A stretch of DNA of 63,993 nucleotides, the filler included, from Atractiella rhizophila (taxonomy: Eukaryota): assembly GCA_021432655.1 (NCBI GenBank). It is 21 parts of 21 records of this genome, joined end to end, with 100 filler letters (N's around TTAATTAATTAA, not from the genome) between each part and the next. Parts side by side here need not be neighbours in the genome. Positions count along the whole stretch, not along the records: positions 21,896 to 24,884 come from MU272595.1; positions 24,985 to 27,969 come from MU272596.1; positions 28,070 to 31,053 come from MU272597.1; positions 31,154 to 34,126 come from MU272598.1; positions 34,227 to 37,181 come from MU272599.1; 16 more parts are not named here. One strand, given 5' to 3'. The notes beneath the pieces were generated by a model that saw only the letters and a list, made by a program, of their open reading frames with translations, ran no database searches and had not been told where the DNA came from. The translations under genes and the position numbers were made by a program. Shown piece after piece: positions 22,716 to 35,849 of this stretch (the first letter of the stretch is position 1; every line of letters begins with the position of its first letter).

Positions 22716-24884
22716 ATGTTGTCGCTCCTTCTCACAGTTGCCGCACTGGCGACCGCCCAACAGATCCCTCTACCTCCCCTTCCAAATAAGTTATTGGGTG
22801 TGGTGACGAACAAGAAACCTTTGGTGTTTAACAAGAGAGGCGAATTCAAGGTGGTCTCATTCTCAGACATGGTAAGCCATCCACAGTGAATCACCAGCAC
22901 AGTTAGCTGATTGGAACTACCTAGCATATGGGAGAACGATGGGGTATGTTCACTCATGATGAATGAGCAGAACAGACGCTGAGCAGTAGAAGGAAGGCAA
23001 TCAGACATACGCAGATTGGGGCGATACAAATGTGCGCACTAATCTTCTCACCTTTCACTCGCCGCTGAAGATGTGCTCATGGCAAATTGTAGGACAACAA
23101 GACTCAAGAGGTGCACCGAATCGTGCTCGATCAGGAGAAGCCTGATTTTGTGTAGGTGCTTCTTACCCATGCTTCCCTTCGTTCAAGCTAAGCGAAGCTA
23201 TTGCAGCGTCTTCAACGGAGACCTTATGACTGGTACCTGTTCTCGCGTTTAAAAACAGTCTCCTAAGCATTGAGACAGGCGAAAACGTATTCAAAGAAAA
23301 TGCGACTAATTAGTGAGCTCTTCCAGTTCAAGAAGAAGAATGAAGGCCAATTCGGCAATAGTCTAGATAAAGTGGTTCGACCAACTGCAGAGCGAGGCAT
23401 CCCCTTTGCCTCCGCACATGGAAACGTATTATTTCTCAATCCCACACATCGAAAGTGAATCTGATAAGAAGAATAGCACGATAATGCTGTTTGTCTTCCT
23501 CACACATCAGCAAGGAGCACGTCCCAACGAGCTCATGTAGGTGAACATCACGCATGAGATCGAGATAGACTACGAAAGCAAGAAGTACGATCTGTCCTAC
23601 ACGCGCAGCGATGCAGGCCTCAAGCGTTAGTCCTTCTCTCTTTCTTTCCAACCTTTCGACTCAAAGAAAGCACAGCATACGGCGGCGGAAACTACTGTGC
23701 ATCTTCACTGTGCTATGCCAGAACAACATTGATGAATCTACATGTCTATAGGGGTGCCCGTCTACGCCACTACTCCTCCCAAATGGTTCTGGTACAACAC
23801 CAAGCCTGCTCTGCTGCTTTGGTTCCTCGATTCCAGGTCGTTCGTGAGTGGGCATGGTGCTGGACCTGGTGGGCTCACTTCCCACTATTCCGACTTTGAC
23901 GTGCCCAGCTGATGTGGCTGCAAAGGGCCTGTCCCGGCTGAGGCGGATTACTACTGGGTTCGTGTTCCCTTTCATTATAACAGCTGAGACTTATGAGTAG
24001 GAAAGGTGGATGAAAACACAGTGCCTCGATACATCGCCAGTCAGGCAGAGCTGATGAAGAAGGAAGTACGTGTCCTCTCTTTCTTCTTGCAGGCAGGAAG
24101 TTGATTCATTGCGATTTAGTGGGAGTCTGTCCCTCCTTCCCTCGTCTTCGTCCACATCCCAGTACGCATCTCATCTCTCTCTTGTGTGCGCATGTTGAGC
24201 AAAATCGGAAACAGTTCCAAAAAGCGCTTGATCTTTACTTCCTGTCAGTTCTCCCTCCACCCTACCTACCAGCTGACATTGTGATAGTCCAACGGAGGGA
24301 AACCATGACGACGAGTTCGTCTTCATCTCCTCCCCATGCAGTACGGAACTGAAGGCTTGGGACGGAAAGGCCAGACCCAAGCGTCCAGGGCTTCAACTCC
24401 AACGGATATACTGGCCTTGACAGTCCGACATGGACAGAAATCGTAAAATTAGACCAGGGGAAGAATAAAGTATTGGCCGTGACATCTGGACATGGTCGGT
24501 ATCTTCTTCTGATGTTTTCTTTTCGAGAGGATGTGTATTGATGTCATATATTGGTGTACAGATCACGGAGAAAACTGGTGTGCTCGTTCTGTGAACACGA
24601 CCGGCGTGACCGTGTGCTTCCAAGGACATTCTGGCTACGGTGGTTGTATGTCCTGCTCCTTGCTTTCTCCACCGAACTATGAAAACTGATGATGAATGTG
24701 CTTCTGAAAGATGTGACAGCAAATAGCGGAGTGAGGAACGGACGGGTGTTCCAGATGAACTTGAAGGACTTGAATGGCGAATATGCGAGCGCGAAGACTT
24801 GGACCAGCTGTATGTCTTTCTCGACCCTTTTCTCACCAACTCATGCACAAATTGGCTGTGGGGTGCCATAGTCGAGAATAAGAC
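22716..24884 (+). CDS. Secreted calcineurin-like metallophosphoesterase (Dcr2/PAP-like), many introns, 3' partial
   Basis: Signal peptide MLSLLLTVAALATA. Motifs FKVVSFSDMH, EKPDFVVFNGDL, FASAHGN|HD, LVFVHIP and GHSGYGG are reconstructed across GT-AG introns. Confidence 0.85.
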
Positions 24885-25290
24885 NNNNNNNNNNNNNNNN
24901 NNNNNNNNNNNNNNNNNNNNNNNNNNNNTTAATTAATTAANNNNNNNNNNNNNNNNNNNNNNNNNNNNNNNNNNNNNNNNNNNNTTCAAAAACGGGTTGG
25001 GAGCAGTTGGGAGGTGACTACAGCAAGCATATTGAGTGTTCATTCCATGTGAGGTTGCACATGAGGGAAGTGTATATGGTGAGTCCTTTCTTCAGCAGGC
25101 AAGGTTATGTGGTTGGTGGGGTCCTTTCGTCTCATTTTGCAACCTTGATATTCATTTCAAGGATTCTTTCTAGAGTGTGATAATGAGGATAAAGACACAC
25201 AATCTCGCCTATTGTACCAGCTTCTTGTACCAGCTTCTCAGCCCTCTTGCTTCCCTTTTTCAAAGAAACCTCTGTAGCAGTGCATAATTT

Positions 25291-27969
25291 TCAAATAAAG
25301 CGTAAGAAGGCGTCTTGATCTGAGAACTTGTTCAACCAAGCCTCCTGGTGGCTGTCTAAAATGTTCGAGCGATTTTGATCGCGAGGAGTTTCTGTTTTGA
25401 GGACTGGTGTTACATGCGCCTGCCGTATAATTCGTTCGATCGGGATCACTTCCACTTCACGGACTGGAACTCGATTGACAGAGACCTCAGCAATCTTGAG
25501 CTTCCACATGCGTGTGGTGGGGTCAATGTCGTGTCCAACAAGGTTGAAATACTGGACAAAAGCCAGTTGATGCTCCTTTCCCTCAAACTCCAGGCTGAAA
25601 AAGAGAAGGACTTGTGCGGGACGGAACGGACGCTTTGCTGCTGCCCTTGTTTCACGAATCACAACACAGTCAAAGCGTTCAAATGCCTTATCGTTTGCTT
25701 CAGGGACATCCCGAGAGTACCAAGAGTCCTTCGCTCGAATAAAATACTTCAAAAGCAGCCTGTTCTTTGTAGGGGCAGCTAGGTTCCTCCAGACAGCAGT
25801 GACTGCACCATAACGGGTGATAGTGCCAAGGAAATTGGGAAGCTGGTCGTCATGTTCGTAGCCAACATACGCCCCAGTTGCCAGTGACTTGAGAAAGCGT
25901 CCGATGTGATAACGAAGGTAGAAAAGGCGCTCTTTCTCGATTGCTTGGAGCACGGGCATCGGATATCCTTTCTCTGCCCCAGCATTATGTATCAGCCATT
26001 GCCGCTTGTTTACAAAGTTATTTTACCAGGAGTTTTTGCCATGAAAACTCCAATATTGCCCCCATGATCGACATGGCGTGCTCCACGAGGTCGAGCAGCC
26101 TCATTTGGAAGCAAACCCACATCCTCCAGATACGCTGTCTTTAGCTGAAAGGCGTCTTGCAAGAAGTTTCGGTTTAAAATCTGTGAATCTGCATTATTCT
26201 TGTTGGTCCCTCTGAATGGGTCCTTAAGGTCAACCGAGTGAAGAGCTTCGGAGTACTCTGTACTCAGAAAAGTCACCGGTCCAACATTGACAATGTCATC
26301 ATCGTAATGATGTAATGCGTGAATTTTTGGAATATTATCAAAGCCTTTCTCTTTTCCATCTTTGCCGACACGAACACAAGCAAACGCAGCCAGATCAGCA
26401 AAAAAGCGTGTTTTTGCTTGCTGCAGGCTGTCACGTTCTTCGTTACCAAACACGGGAAGATTTGCAAAGTAGACAAATTCCAGTAGCGCCACCGTACATC
26501 GCAATGCTGGAGTTGGGACAAGACCGTAAATGGCTGGGGCAAAGATGGCTGCGAGCTGTTGAGCGTCGCCTGCCGACCAGCGAGAGAAGTTGAGACCCAT
26601 ATAGAAAGCACGGATGCCTGGAAAAGCTGGCATAAATTTTAGGCGTCTCTCCAGTTCCGAAATCCCTGGTCCACCGTGTTCTTGACGCTCGATCTCAATG
26701 AGTGCAAGGATCCACTGGACAATATGGTGAAGAAAGATACCTTTGAGCAGCTGATGGAGGATATCTGATACAAGAATGCTATGCATGTCGGTTAAGCGTA
26801 AATTGTCTGTGTACGGTAAAAGAGGACGTAGCCCTGCTTGCTTGAGTCGTGCCTCTGACCATCCAGCAACCAAAGCATCCCTACGCTGGCTTTCATCTCG
26901 CAGTCGCCACTGGTCATCCTTCCCTTTGTCTGAAGGGTCGACAAGGCAACGGTCACACCATCCGTCAAAGAGGAGAGCGAGGAAAACCTTCTCCATGTAG
27001 TCCGCGAAATGAGCTACTATTGGAGGGAAAAAGTGGCGATAATATCCATCGGGACATCTTGCAAAGAGCCCAGTCTCTTCAAGTTCTTGCAATGGATCTG
27101 ATAATGCGATTCGGAAAGCTTGAGTGACAAGCGCGTGAGAGAAAATTCGGTATTCTTCAGTGCTTTTTTCGGCATCAGTAGCTCCTGCTACCTTTTAGAG
27201 ATAGTCTAAGAGGAACGCAAGTCACATACCACGGATGAGTGGGACACCAGCTGCAAGCATGAAATATCGGAGATGGTGTAAATAGGCCACATCTTCATCG
27301 ATGTTGCCAGGCAAGACATAAATGGGGTAGAACTCCGCACCACCTTTTTGAGCAGCAAGCAGGGTCTTATCTGAAGCAACTTTAAGAGGCATTATCGTTG
27401 CATCTGAACCAAGTAATCTCTGCCAACCACATTAGATCGATGAAGAAGAAGGCACGAGGCTTGATGACAAACCTGATATCTTCGCCACGCCTTTGCCGAA
27501 GCCATCGAACTATAGACCTCTTTTCCTTCCACATCAATATCAATAAAGGCTTGGTACTTAATATGCCCATTAAGTCCTCTTGCACCAAGTGTCCTCGTCA
27601 AGACATTCTTCAGGTTACGATGCCGAACAACATACATCTCTTGCATGTATCCAGGCAATTCTCCATCCGGGAACCTATCCCGTATCTCGTCCACATTGAC
27701 AGTGACAACCGTCTCATGCCATTTAAAGTCTTCTGCACCCGGAACTTGGGAAATAAGATCAAATAGCTTTTGCCTGTCTTGGAAGGGACGATAATTAAAG
27801 TGCTCCTCCAAAAAATCCAGGTATTCTTTTGTTCGTTCAACACTGAGTACTACTCCATTTGAGTTTAAAATAAACATTCCTGCATCTCGCTGACGCTTAT
27901 CTTCAAAGGGCCACCATCCATTATTCTTCTGATTAGCCTGTTCCAATGGATCAGGCTCTGGACCGTCAT
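25291..27969 (-). mobile_element. Plavaka-family transposase gene, spliced, 5' partial
   Basis: Motifs WWPF, YSSMASAKAW, ASDKT, FYPIYVLPGNI, CPDG...ADYME...WCDRC, DILHQLLKG, PKIHALHHY and STEYSEALH. Three introns join the ORFs with no internal stop seen. Confidence 0.9.
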
Positions 27970-28069
27970 NNNNNNNNNNNNNNNNNNNNNNNNNNNNNNN
28001 NNNNNNNNNNNNNTTAATTAATTAANNNNNNNNNNNNNNNNNNNNNNNNNNNNNNNNNNNNNNNNNNNN

Positions 28070-28491
28070 CCATTGGCCAGTCCACTCCTTTCCGGACTGG
28101 TGCTCCTCCATTTGTCCACTATCCTCGCATTCGCACTCACGCTGTTATTCCTCGACAGTCTCTGTGCGGAATTTATGGTGAGAGTAGAGTAGTCGGTGCG
28201 GTGCCTGGGCTTTTGAGGGTTGGGATGAGCAAAGATTTGACGCGCCACCAGCTTTTCGCGTTCGCTGATTCCGCCGCCTGTGATCCTTTCCAGGGCCGCG
28301 ACTCCACTACCATGCGCACCGTTCGAACTCTGGCGGATTGACGGCGCGATGGCGAGTGGAGGGGCAGATGAGGCCGGCGATGGAGCGTCCCCTCCTCCCA
28401 AAAAGCCGAAGGAGAGCGTGCGGACCAGCGTGCTTTTCCAGCTTTTCCTGGTGTCCCTGTTCGCCTTCGCGGTGGAGTAAGGAGAGGCCAT
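28070..28491 (-). CDS. Hypothetical protein N-terminus, divergent from gamma-tubulin
   Basis: ATG in a GCGAGATGG context and an open frame to the contig edge. It lies 171 bp from the gamma-tubulin ATG. No domain recognised. Confidence 0.5.
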
Positions 28492-28662
28492 CTCGCTGGC
28501 TGGTGAGTGGTGGAGTCGTTCTGAGGACGTCGTTTTTGGTCAAAACGTAACAAAGGTCAAGGGCATGAAATAGGGTTCCGGAGAAGGAACAAGAATAATG
28601 TAAACCGCAGCACGTCTGCTTTCGAAAAAACGTGACAACATAACCAAACGCGTCCAGCCCAC

Positions 28663-30430
28663 ATGCCTCGCGAGATACTCACCATCAGCGCCGGTCAGGC
28701 TGGGAACCAGAGTAGGTATCTATGTTTTGAAAGATCGGCTGAAATGATGGTGCAACAGTTGGCAGCGAATTCTGGCGACAGCTCTGTCTGGAGCATGGTA
28801 TTTCACCAAGTGGAACACTAGAGGATCTTCCAGCCGATGTCTCAGCGGGAAGTGGGAGCAGTTTGGCGCAAGGAGATCGAAAAGACGTGTTCTTTTATCA
28901 AGCGGACGATGATCATTATGTTCCACGCTCCATTCTGGTGGACCTTGAACCAAGGGTGCGCTGTTGCTTCTCTCGACTCCACCTGGGTATGATGTTGAAG
29001 ATCGCTGCCGTGAAGGTCATAAATGCTATCTTATCTAGTCCTTACCGCTCTCTATATAATCCTGAAAACATATACTTGAGCAAAGACGGCGGAGGCGCTG
29101 GAAACAACTGGGCAGCGGGGTACGTTGCTCTTCTCTTGCCCACATGTTTCTAAAGGGACGCGCAGATATTCAGCAGCTGAAAAGATTTACGAAGAGGTGA
29201 TGGAGATGATTGATCGTGAAGCGGATGGGTCGGATTCTCTCGAGGTAGGACGCTCATCCCTGCTTCAAACCGTCAAGTCAAATTGATGACATAGGGATTC
29301 ATGCTGCTCCATTCCATCGCAGGAGGCACTGGTTCTGGTCTTGGCTCTCATATCCTCGAACGATTGTCAGATCGATACCCCAAGAAGCTGATTCAGACCT
29401 ATTCCATTTTCCCTAATAATCTCGAAGGTATGTAGTACTCCTTCACATCAGTGTGATGTTGCTGATGCCCAGGCTGCAGGAAACAGTGACGTGGTCGTCC
29501 AGCCTTACAACTCCCTCCTTACTCTTCGCCGTCTCACCGAACACGCCGATTCCGTCGTGGTTCTTGACAACGCCGCGCTAGCACGAATCGCTTCCGATCG
29601 ACTGAAGGTGGAGGAACAAACATTCAAACAGACCAATCAGCTTGTTCGCTCTCTCTTTCCTGTCTCCAAACCAAGCAGGAATGACGATGGAGCGGTGTAG
29701 GTCTCAACTGTTATGTCAGCCTCGACGAATCCTCTCCGTTTCCCTGGGTACATGAACAACGATCTTGTGGGCATGGTCGCCTCCCTCATCCCTACGCCTC
29801 GATGTCACTTCCTCATGACTGCATACACACCTTTTACCTCTGATTCACTCGACAAAGCGAAGAGCACACGGAAGACGACGGTTCTTGACGTGATGCGCCG
29901 TCTACTCCAGCCAAAGAATCGCATGGTTTCTACTCCACCCACAAGCAGCAAGACCAGCTGTTACATCAGTATCCTCGACATCATACAGGGGGACGTAGAT
30001 CCAACAGACGTGCGTTCCATCCTATCCCACGTTTGACACGAACCCGAGCTGACGAACGCCGCGTTGACAGGTGCACAAATCTCTCCTACGAATCCGAGAG
30101 CGCTCTCTCGCCAATTTCATCCCCTGGGGTCCGGCATCCATCCAAGTTGCACTGTCCAAGCGCTCCCCTTACATCCAAACCGGCAACCGCGTCTCTGGTC
30201 TCATGCTGGCGAACCACACCAGCATTTCTTCCCTCTTCAAGCGCGTGTTGGATCAGTATACGCAATTGAGGAAGAGAAACGCCTTTTTGGAGGCGTACAA
30301 GAGGGAACCCATCTTTGGAAGCGATTTGGGCGAATTTGATCAGTCGAAGAATGTGGTACAGGACTTGTTGGACGAGTATATGGCCTGTGAGAGGGCGGAT
30401 TATATCGACTATGGAGCTGGAGATGATTAA
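28663..30430 (+). CDS. TUB4: Gamma-tubulin, spliced
   Basis: MPREI start, then [66 protein letters not shown] and [11 protein letters not shown]. Confidence 0.97.
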
Positions 30431-33399
30431 GTCCAGCCATGCGTTTGTTCCTGCGCTTTTCGGCGCCATTACTGCAGTTGTGTATCATTCAGGGGAGGCA
30501 CAGTTCGAGTTTCTAGTATGTAACATCTGGTTGTCCATTGTGACGAATGCATTACTGTTTGTTTCATCTACTTATTCACATTGTAAACCAAGGGCACGGC
30601 AAGATAATTATACAAGGTACTGAGACTTAGAACTGAACTTCTCTCAAAGAGAGCATCCAGGAGTAGGAGGTCCATCATCAAGATACATCACGTCGCATCA
30701 AGTCCTTTGAGCGCTTCGTCGTCATTGATAGGATGGATTGTACCCCTCCTTTCGTGCTGCTGGCGGAGGTTGAGCGAACTGAGCGGCCGGGTTCCACGAG
30801 ACTTGTTGCGGTTGGAATTGTGCATCCTTCGGCCCAGACCACTGGCAAATGCCGCACTGGAAGGATTCATCGTCAGCCTGAGAACTTCGAAGGAGTGACG
30901 GGTGGAAAGACGCACAAACCAGATTTCCTTCTTTCCCAGTGGTAGGATAGGGATCCAACACAGCTCGAACCGTCGTTTGGAGGTGGCAGGGACACAGGAG
31001 GCGTTGTGGCATCGCTGGAGGAGAAAGGGGCGTGAACGAAATTGAAGTGAACGNNNNNNNNNNNNNNNNNNNNNNNNNNNNNNNNNNNNNNNNNNNNTTA
31101 ATTAATTAANNNNNNNNNNNNNNNNNNNNNNNNNNNNNNNNNNNNNNNNNNNNGGCCTACTCTACATCAAGTATCGTCAGACATCTTTGAAGGTTTTCTA
31201 CTATTTGATTGTAGAGTCCTTGAAGGTAAAGCCAAAGCAAGTCGAGGCCGAGCTGGAAAATGAAAACTCGGAGTACTTGTGGGACAATACAGACTTTGCT
31301 GATCCGTCTCTTCATCCGTCCAACGAACCGATCCAGCTTGGACTGCCATCAAGTTAAGAACCACCGAACACAACGCTGCATCCGCCAACTTCCGCGAGAG
31401 CCTTAGCGATCGTGGTTTCACCGTCAGAGTTCCATTGATAAGGGTGGTTAGGGAAGAGGTTAGGAGGAGAGCGAGGCGGAGGAGCAGGGAGAAATCTTCG
31501 ATAGAGAGCAGGGAGGTGCTACGTGCGCTTAAGTTTCGAGAGCCGCTTTCAGCCTCAGTCTCAGTCTCCTCTGTGATGCTCCGCTTGTTCTGCGTTCGAA
31601 TTTAGGCTCTTTGAACAGTCTTCTCCCTCACGCTGAGCCCGGGAAGTGGTTTTTTGTGGTGCCCGTTTGTGACATGAAACGTCTTTGCAAGAGAATTTGC
31701 GGAGGGTGGTGGAGAGTAGAGACGACTCATAGGAGGAGCTTATGGATAGTCAGTTCCGCCGAGGGAGGAGGAGAGAAGGAGGGCGACGTAGAAATAGAGT
31801 GCGTATGTACGAATCGCTGATTCTACCACATGCAGATAGTATCCACTTTGTCATGAGCCCTCAGAATCCTCAAACACTGCTGCCTCCCTTGCTACCTGTG
31901 CCGACTGCGTTTAAAGTTTGCTTTGAATTTCCGTCCGCTTCCCAGTTCAGTTCTCTCCTTTGTCAGTGGACCGTTTAGAGCAGCTTGCCAAGCGCATTTT
32001 GGGGAATTGGGATACGCAGAACCCGCTATTGGATTGAACTGGCATGTCGGTGATAGGTACGTGTCGTCTTTGTTTCAGCCAACTTCAGTTCTTAATTCCT
32101 TCACTTATGTTGGGATCACTCTCGCTTACAAGTGTGACCTCAGTCAAATTTCCTGAGAGCAAGCTCTTCTTGATCTGTTGCGATTGTGTACTGCTGTTTA
32201 AACCTGGGACCCAATACGTCTAATTGGGACGTGGAAGGACCTTATATGCTAGACTCATGAGGGTGAGCTTGGGCGCATTATGCTTTCCCTTTCATCTATC
32301 AAACCAATCATTGGAAGGGCACAGAAAACATGCAAGCGGATATCCATTTTCTGTTTATTTCGCTTTGTGACGCCGTGACCATCCTATCCATGGCAATTTT
32401 GGGACGTTGACCCCAAACGTCAAACTGGAAGCTTTGTGTTGTTGCGTGTTCTCTAAACCTGCCTTTGACTGAATGAGCCCGATATAGGGATGCTTCGTAG
32501 CCTGCCTTTTCGCGGCCTGCACCACTCTCGAGCGCGTTTCACCATCATTAGACGGTTTGCACACAACGAGAGCGGCTCTGGAATTGAGGGGGAAGAGAAT
32601 GTGAAGGAAGCCGAGGTCGAGTTTGAGAAACCTTTTTCGGAAGTGTAAGCTTTACCTGTAACGCTGGCCTGGCTGACATTAAACTCTTGTAGGAAAATAA
32701 ACGCAGGCAAAAGGAAGGGTGGGCGTGCCCTAGGACCACGTCCGTCCTGTGCTAGTTCGAGAATCTCTCTGATTTGTCATCACTTTCAGGAACAATTGAA
32801 CTTCGGAATAAGCTACTGTCCAATGCTCAGAACCATCAAAGACGTGAAAAGCTCGCGAAATCGGCATTCAAAGGAAAGTACATTTTGACTGCATTGCAAA
32901 CGTCTTTGCTGAACAATTCGTTCAGATGTGGAATTGGCTCGGTTTCAGTGGCGGCAGGGTAAGAACAACTTGCATCCTGCAACGTCTATTTAACCGGAAC
33001 AGGTCATACGCGCCGAATAATGCGATTAGTTGAAGGACGAGCGGGGAAAGTCGAGGAATATCCTCATGAATGCCCCCATTGCCCTTTCCGTTCGAAAGTT
33101 TCCGGGAATTTAAAAAGGTAATTTTTATGACCAAGGTTCATGCAGTAAAATCGATCCCTCTGATGCAGTCATATCCGAATCAATCACGATGATGCTGTGT
33201 CGCATCTCTGCTCCGCTTGTGGTCGCGGTTTTTGTGGGTTCTGTGTTAATTTTGCTCACATCATTAAGCTGTAACTCTCTGTACGAACCTTCCAGCAACA
33301 AAGACGAATGCTCGAAAACATCAAATCCAGCGCTTTACGCCGCTGGAGTGTCGCAATAGTCGTTTCATAGTTGCTCCGAGAGACCAAACGGGGGCGAAT

Positions 33400-34126
33400 T
33401 GGATCTGTTCCGCTTGCGAAGTATCTTTTGGTGCGTCACCTTTGAGTCGATAGTGAGCTACGTTTGACTTGCTTGTAGAATCGAAAGATGAGTATGAGCG
33501 ACATCGAAGCGAGAGCGCCTTGCCAGCTTGTAACACCGGACGATCCCTTCACATTCCTTCCTTAGAGGAAAGGTCCGCTACATCCTCAAAATTCGTGGAG
33601 CAACTGAAGAAGTATCCGACTTGCCCAACATGCTCGACTGCTTTTCTTAACAAAGCAACGTTGTACAAGTGAGCCGCAAGGTAAAACTCCAACGAGGTAG
33701 CTCATGGATATAGGCACCAGCGCATGGACCACCAAGGAGAGCGTATAATATGCACTGGTTGCAAACAGCTGTATGGTACGCGTTCCACCATAACCTCATG
33801 GATTCTCATCATTATGAGCGCGAAGCTACGGACCGTGCTCTTCGGCAGCATCAGACGAATGCAGATACATGTAGCCGTGCGGGGTGGTTTTATGTCCCTG
33901 CTCCCAGACCAGGCTGCCAGATTCTCTGTCTATGTTGCGGTAAAATATGGGGTATGTCCCTTTTTGATATCGTCATGTCGTTTCCAGCTCATGGAGAGAT
34001 ACCAGGAAGGCATTTAATTCCCATAAAAGAGTCTCAAACGCGTGTTTCAATGCCGAAGGTTATGGTATTGCTGGTCGTACCACGGAGGGTACGTTTTTTG
34101 GATGATATGCATCTAGGTGGACGTTG
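33400..34126 (+). CDS. Zinc-finger protein (C2H2 and C2HC-type fingers), spliced, boundaries uncertain
   Basis: CPTCSTAFLNKATLYK|HQRMDH, CTGCKQLY...LRQHQTNADTC and CLCCGKIW|DTRKAFNSHKRVSNAC, read across short introns. Confidence 0.65.
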
Positions 34127-34357
34127 NNNNNNNNNNNNNNNNNNNNNNNNNNNNNNNNNNNNNNNNNNNNTTAATTAATTAANNNNNNNNNNNNNNNNNN
34201 NNNNNNNNNNNNNNNNNNNNNNNNNNAGCAGGCTGATGTTTGCACAGTATGGGACCATGGGCTCCTGAAGGTTTGTTCCTTGCCCTTCTGTTCCAGTTAT
34301 TTCTAATCTATTTTTCAGATTCTTCATGCTCTCCCCGACATCAAGAAGAGGGAGGAT

Positions 34358-35302
34358 ATGGTGCAGTTGTGGCTTGTTTCGCAGCTTCCTCCCTCCCCGT
34401 CGGCTGCCTCCTCCACCGCCCTACCATCTTCTGCTGGTACTCCGCTTTCTGCTCGCCCCCCCTCCGTCCTCCCCTCCCCACCAGCCCCTTCCTCCAGCTC
34501 CGCGTCATTCTCCAGGTTCAGCTCCCCTCCAGCTCGCCCCCTCTGCAATCCGGAGTCTTCCCCCACCCCTCCGACATCTCCTCTCACTCATGTGGCTTCC
34601 CTCCTCTCAGAGAACAAGAAACCGGTCATTTGTCCCTCGCTACCTGTGATAAAGACACCAGGAGCAGGAAAAGTGGCTGTCATTGATTTGGATGCTGAGG
34701 ACGCTACGGACACCTTCATTACGCATCTCACCACCCTGAGCTGCTTTTCCCCGGTTTGTGAGGGAAGACCTGTCATAAAATTCTACGACAAAACAAAGGT
34801 GCGTAATTTTTTCTGTGGGAGATGGGCTGGGCTGAGTATCAATCATGAGGGTCATCCCAAAAAGCCCCGACCGGAGCACCGGAATGATTGCTTCATGGGT
34901 TGTTCAAAATGGAAGAAGTGGGATCCCGACTATGCCCATCTATTTACAAATATACCCATAGACGTTGACATGGGGCGTTTGCGCAATGCGATTACTCCTT
35001 ACAAAGGTGCGCCTCATCTTAACCCTTTCAATAGATGTTGACGCTTGAATAAAGGCACTGCTGCTCGCTCCTCCTTCACCCGCAAACCATCCATCCCCAG
35101 CTCCTCTGCCCCCAAACCATCCACCTCAGTCGCCTCCGCTCGATACTCACCTTATCCATCATCTGCACCGGCAGATATGATCCCAGAACGGACAAAAAAG
35201 GGAAAGAAGAGGAGCGAGAATCTTCACGAGCGACTGGATCAACTTAGTGATAAGCTGGATGAAATTTTTTTATTTCTTCAAAATAAAGAACAGTATGAAT
35301 AG
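34358..35302 (+). CDS. Ser/Pro-rich protein with a Cys/His cluster, probably transposon-derived
   Basis: CFSPVCEGRP...CFMGCSKW...H...IPIDVD motif. A probable intron at about 35007-35054 leads to a coiled-coil tail. Confidence 0.45.
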
Positions 35303-35849
35303 ATATTTGGAATGATATTGATTGCAAACATCTATCTAATTGTCAAACTAAGCATTGGTCAAATGTTGTGTTGCTGTTTGCTGTATTGCACCTTACACCG
35401 TGCCCATTTTGATGGCATGATCTCTGAACTGAACTATGTGTTTGAATTGATCAACCAAACCCCTCCAAATCCTCCACTCTTCTGTGCTTAAAGCGTCCAA
35501 CACAATGCTGGATCCACATAAGGAATATTATGCTGCTGAACTCTTGGAGGCTCTAGAAAATGAGGCGGCCTGGCCACATGAATGGATTGCAGTTGGTGTG
35601 TTAAATATTTTCCTCCACCATTTCTTATGGCTGATCCATTTCAGGCACAAATGTCTCCGGTTCTAGTACACTTCCTAGTACCTCCACAATGGTTGGCGCT
35701 GGTGGCAGAGATGATAGCTTCGGAGAGAATGAATTTACAGTGGAAGATATACAGGAAGCCATGCAATCGGAGAGCAGTAAGCACATTCATTACCTCTTTC
35801 TATGTTGCAATTAGGATGGGCAGGGGAAACACGTACTAATATCACCCGA

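Noticed and set aside
33870..33950. AGWFY...CLCC resembling a BIR domain
   Set aside because: After splicing it reads CxxC...H...C like the neighbouring finger and lacks other BIR residues.
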